Assembly (NCBI RefSeq): GCF_006345805.1
Contig: NC_043026.1
Location: 5,270,001 to 5,334,000 of the forward strand
Reading direction: 5' to 3'
DNA length: 64,000 nucleotides
From: Octopus sinensis
Lineage: Eukaryota
This document shows positions 61,630 through 64,000 of this stretch, piece after piece. How positions within the stretch are numbered: position 1 is the first letter of the stretch; each line of letters opens with the position of its first letter. Under the pieces are notes generated by a model. That model did no database searches. It was not told where the DNA came from and saw only the letters and a program-made list of their open reading frames with translations. The translations under genes and the position numbers were made by a program.

Positions 61630-63120
61630 GGGTGCGTTATCAGGCTAGGGTGCATGCTCTAAGAAACAAATGTACTGGAGCTGTGTTAGAGGCCCAGCTG
61701 GTGGAGGCGCAACAGCGCAACAAATCCACCATTTGGTCTCAGATGGTTGAAGAGGGCCGCGAATTACTGGAACCTAGTAAAATGTGTGAGGCCTTTCAGC
61801 AGCACTTTACCTGACTTTTCAGGAGAGTGGTGAGTGAGAATGCAGGGTGGACTTTAGTGCCTCTCTGCATAGCCTACCACGACTCTCGGCAAGAGAGGCA
61901 GAGTGTTGCGAAGGTGTCATGACAGTAGTGGATGTGCAGGACACGAAGGCAGATTGGGTGAGGGACAAATCGCCAGGTTTGGATCATCTGCACTACGATC
62001 TTTACAATTGTATGCCAGACTTGTTTGGAGGTGTCTTGGCAACAGTGTTCTGCAACTGGCAGCAAAACGGGAGCATAACCCAGTTTTGTGAGCCAAAGAG
62101 TTGTAATGTTGCTAAAGAAAGATCCCAACAAGAAGCACAGTGTAGATAACATTAGGCAGTTAGCCTGGCAGTGCTATCGAGAGGCACTCCCCATTCGAGA
62201 TAGGCTCTACAGGCATGGCTCAAGAGACACAGGGCCAAGATGTGGACATCGTGACGAAACCTTTCTCCATGCACTCGTACAGTGTCCACCAATTTCCGAC
62301 TTGTGGGCCTATGTCGAACGACTGCTATCACATGTGGGACAAGTCAGATTATCAGCTGAGTCTATCATCAATATTCTATTCTACTCTAGGTACAAGGTCC
62401 GAAATTTTGTTGGAGGGAGCCAGTTGATTACATTGACCCCAGTACACAATAGGTACTTAATTTATTGACCCCGAAAGGATGAATGGCAAAGTCAACCTTG
62501 GCTAAATTTAAACTCAGAACATAGAGACAGATGAAATACTGCTAAGCATTTTGCCCGGTGTGCTAATGTTTCTGCCAGCTAGCCGTCTTAGAGTCTATTG
62601 TTGTGCCTCCTTCCTTCAAATGGGAAGGAAGAGCCATTTTCATTTTGGGGCATCTGAAAGGTCTGGAGACAAACACTTTCCTCTCTGGTCAATCTCTCAT
62701 CAACCTCTTCAAGTATCACTTGAAGAGGAAGGTGAGCATAGAGAGGGAAGTTTTGTCTAGTGAATACTTCAAACAAAGATGGGTGAATGTAGCAAGGATG
62801 GCACGTGTGAATGACGGATCCACGTTCAGCATAACCCTACAAACCAGAAAAACAAAGGAGTAAAAGAGAGCCACTTACTGTAATGCGTTTTTGTTTTTGC
62901 ATGACGTAATTGCCCGAGGTAACCGTGGTCTTTTCTGTAAGCTTTTCTTTCCACAGATAAAATTAATCTGTTTTCCTTTTTACATTTATGACATTTCTGT
63001 GATACACGATCGCTATTGATTGGAATCTTATTTCCCCCCCCCCACTTCTTCCCCAAGAAGAAAAGCTCTGCATTGTATTTTGTCTCCTCTGTGTTCAGCC
63101 CTGTGTGGCTAATTAAGAAA
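61630..63120 (+). mobile_element. Internally deleted Tx1-clade ORF2 3' part with 3' tail, interrupted by a SINE at ~62400-62580
   Basis: KSPGLDHLHYDLY, VVMLLKKDPNK..DNIR jumping to LAWQCYREALPIRDRLYRHG..RCG..DETFLHALVQCP (C-terminal zinc-binding motif); tail GTCTCCTCTGTGTTCAGCCCTGTGTGGCTAATTAAGAAAC. Confidence 0.8.
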
Positions 63121-64000
63121 CATATCTGTCTGTCTGTCTGTTTGTTTATTACCTGCTTTTTGGCTTAGAAGTTGGCATCCCAGTCATATGTACGCCTGTA
63201 TGTATGCATGTCTCAGAATATGACGTCAAGAAATGCAGCATTCCTGTGCACCAGTTTCGTATGGTGTGCATACAATGATTATAATTTAACTGTTATCAAA
63301 TTTCTGGCTGCTTATTCAAAATGATGAAATGAAGAACAACTTTCAAAAGAAACATATTTATTGCTTTAAAATAAATTCAAAGAAACAATATTGAAAATGT
63401 AAAAGAAAAACAGGAAAAAATTTAACTTCAAATCACTCTCCATGGGGATGGAATATATTCTGAAAGTTTAGACACTGCCACTCCTTTTCTCTTTCACACA
63501 CACACACACACACACATGGTGCTGGCATGGCTGTTTTCCTTACCAACCACCACCACCACCACCACCACCACCACCACCACCACCACTACCACCACCACAA
63601 TTGTCAACAAGCTGCCAAATAAAGGCCTACTTCTTAATCTGAATAATTTCCTGTAATAAGAGTGAATAGAATTCTCAGAAAAACCGCTTTTATCGTTGGC
63701 CTAGATTTAAAACCCAATTCTTGGAAGTAAACAACAACCCGGATGAAATTCATGATTGTAGCTTGACCTGCACAAAACAGCAAGTAAATCACCCTCAAAT
63801 CAAACACTACTCCTTATGTATAATTAATATATACATATATATAAACCAACAAGTGAATGCTCTACATAGTAGCTAGACGTCCCTCAAGTTGTAAACTCTT
63901 ATGTATGTATATATGAGCCAATAATGGAGTCCCGTATACGGTTGCTAGACCTTTTGGAAACAACAGCCAAATCTCTCAAATCAAACACTACTGTCTAATG

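Overview
This is AT-rich, microsatellite-dense eukaryotic DNA. Its SINE/LINE content (tRNA-headed SINEs, RTE tails ending in (GAT)n, Tx1, CR1, Penelope, Dong/R4, Helitron, Tc1) looks like a coleoid cephalopod, probably octopus; that assignment is inferred from repeat recognition. One convincing host gene is present: an intact single-exon 1815-aa ORF (47886-42439, minus strand) made of a short helical N-terminal domain plus six tandem NHL-like beta-propeller modules. It has a clean splice acceptor at 48004 and two duplicated TATA/Inr/non-coding-exon-1 cassettes upstream (about 54.5 kb and 56.4 kb). A partly homogenised pseudogene fragment of it lies inverted at about 20.6-21.4 kb. The other notable structures are: (i) three ORF1-only (gag-like, CCHC) Tx1-type retroelements bounded by the same 14-bp motif, stacked in tandem inside a ~6.5-kb palindrome (8244-14715); (ii) at least eight minimal hammerhead-ribozyme-like motifs in four families, some attached to Penelope GIY-YIG tails and a tRNA-Asn-like head; (iii) stacked Dong/R4-type 3' ends inserted in (AAT)n. 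Most short ORFs in the track are microsatellite or antisense artefacts. No database searches or alignments were run; coordinates of degenerate repeats are approximate.
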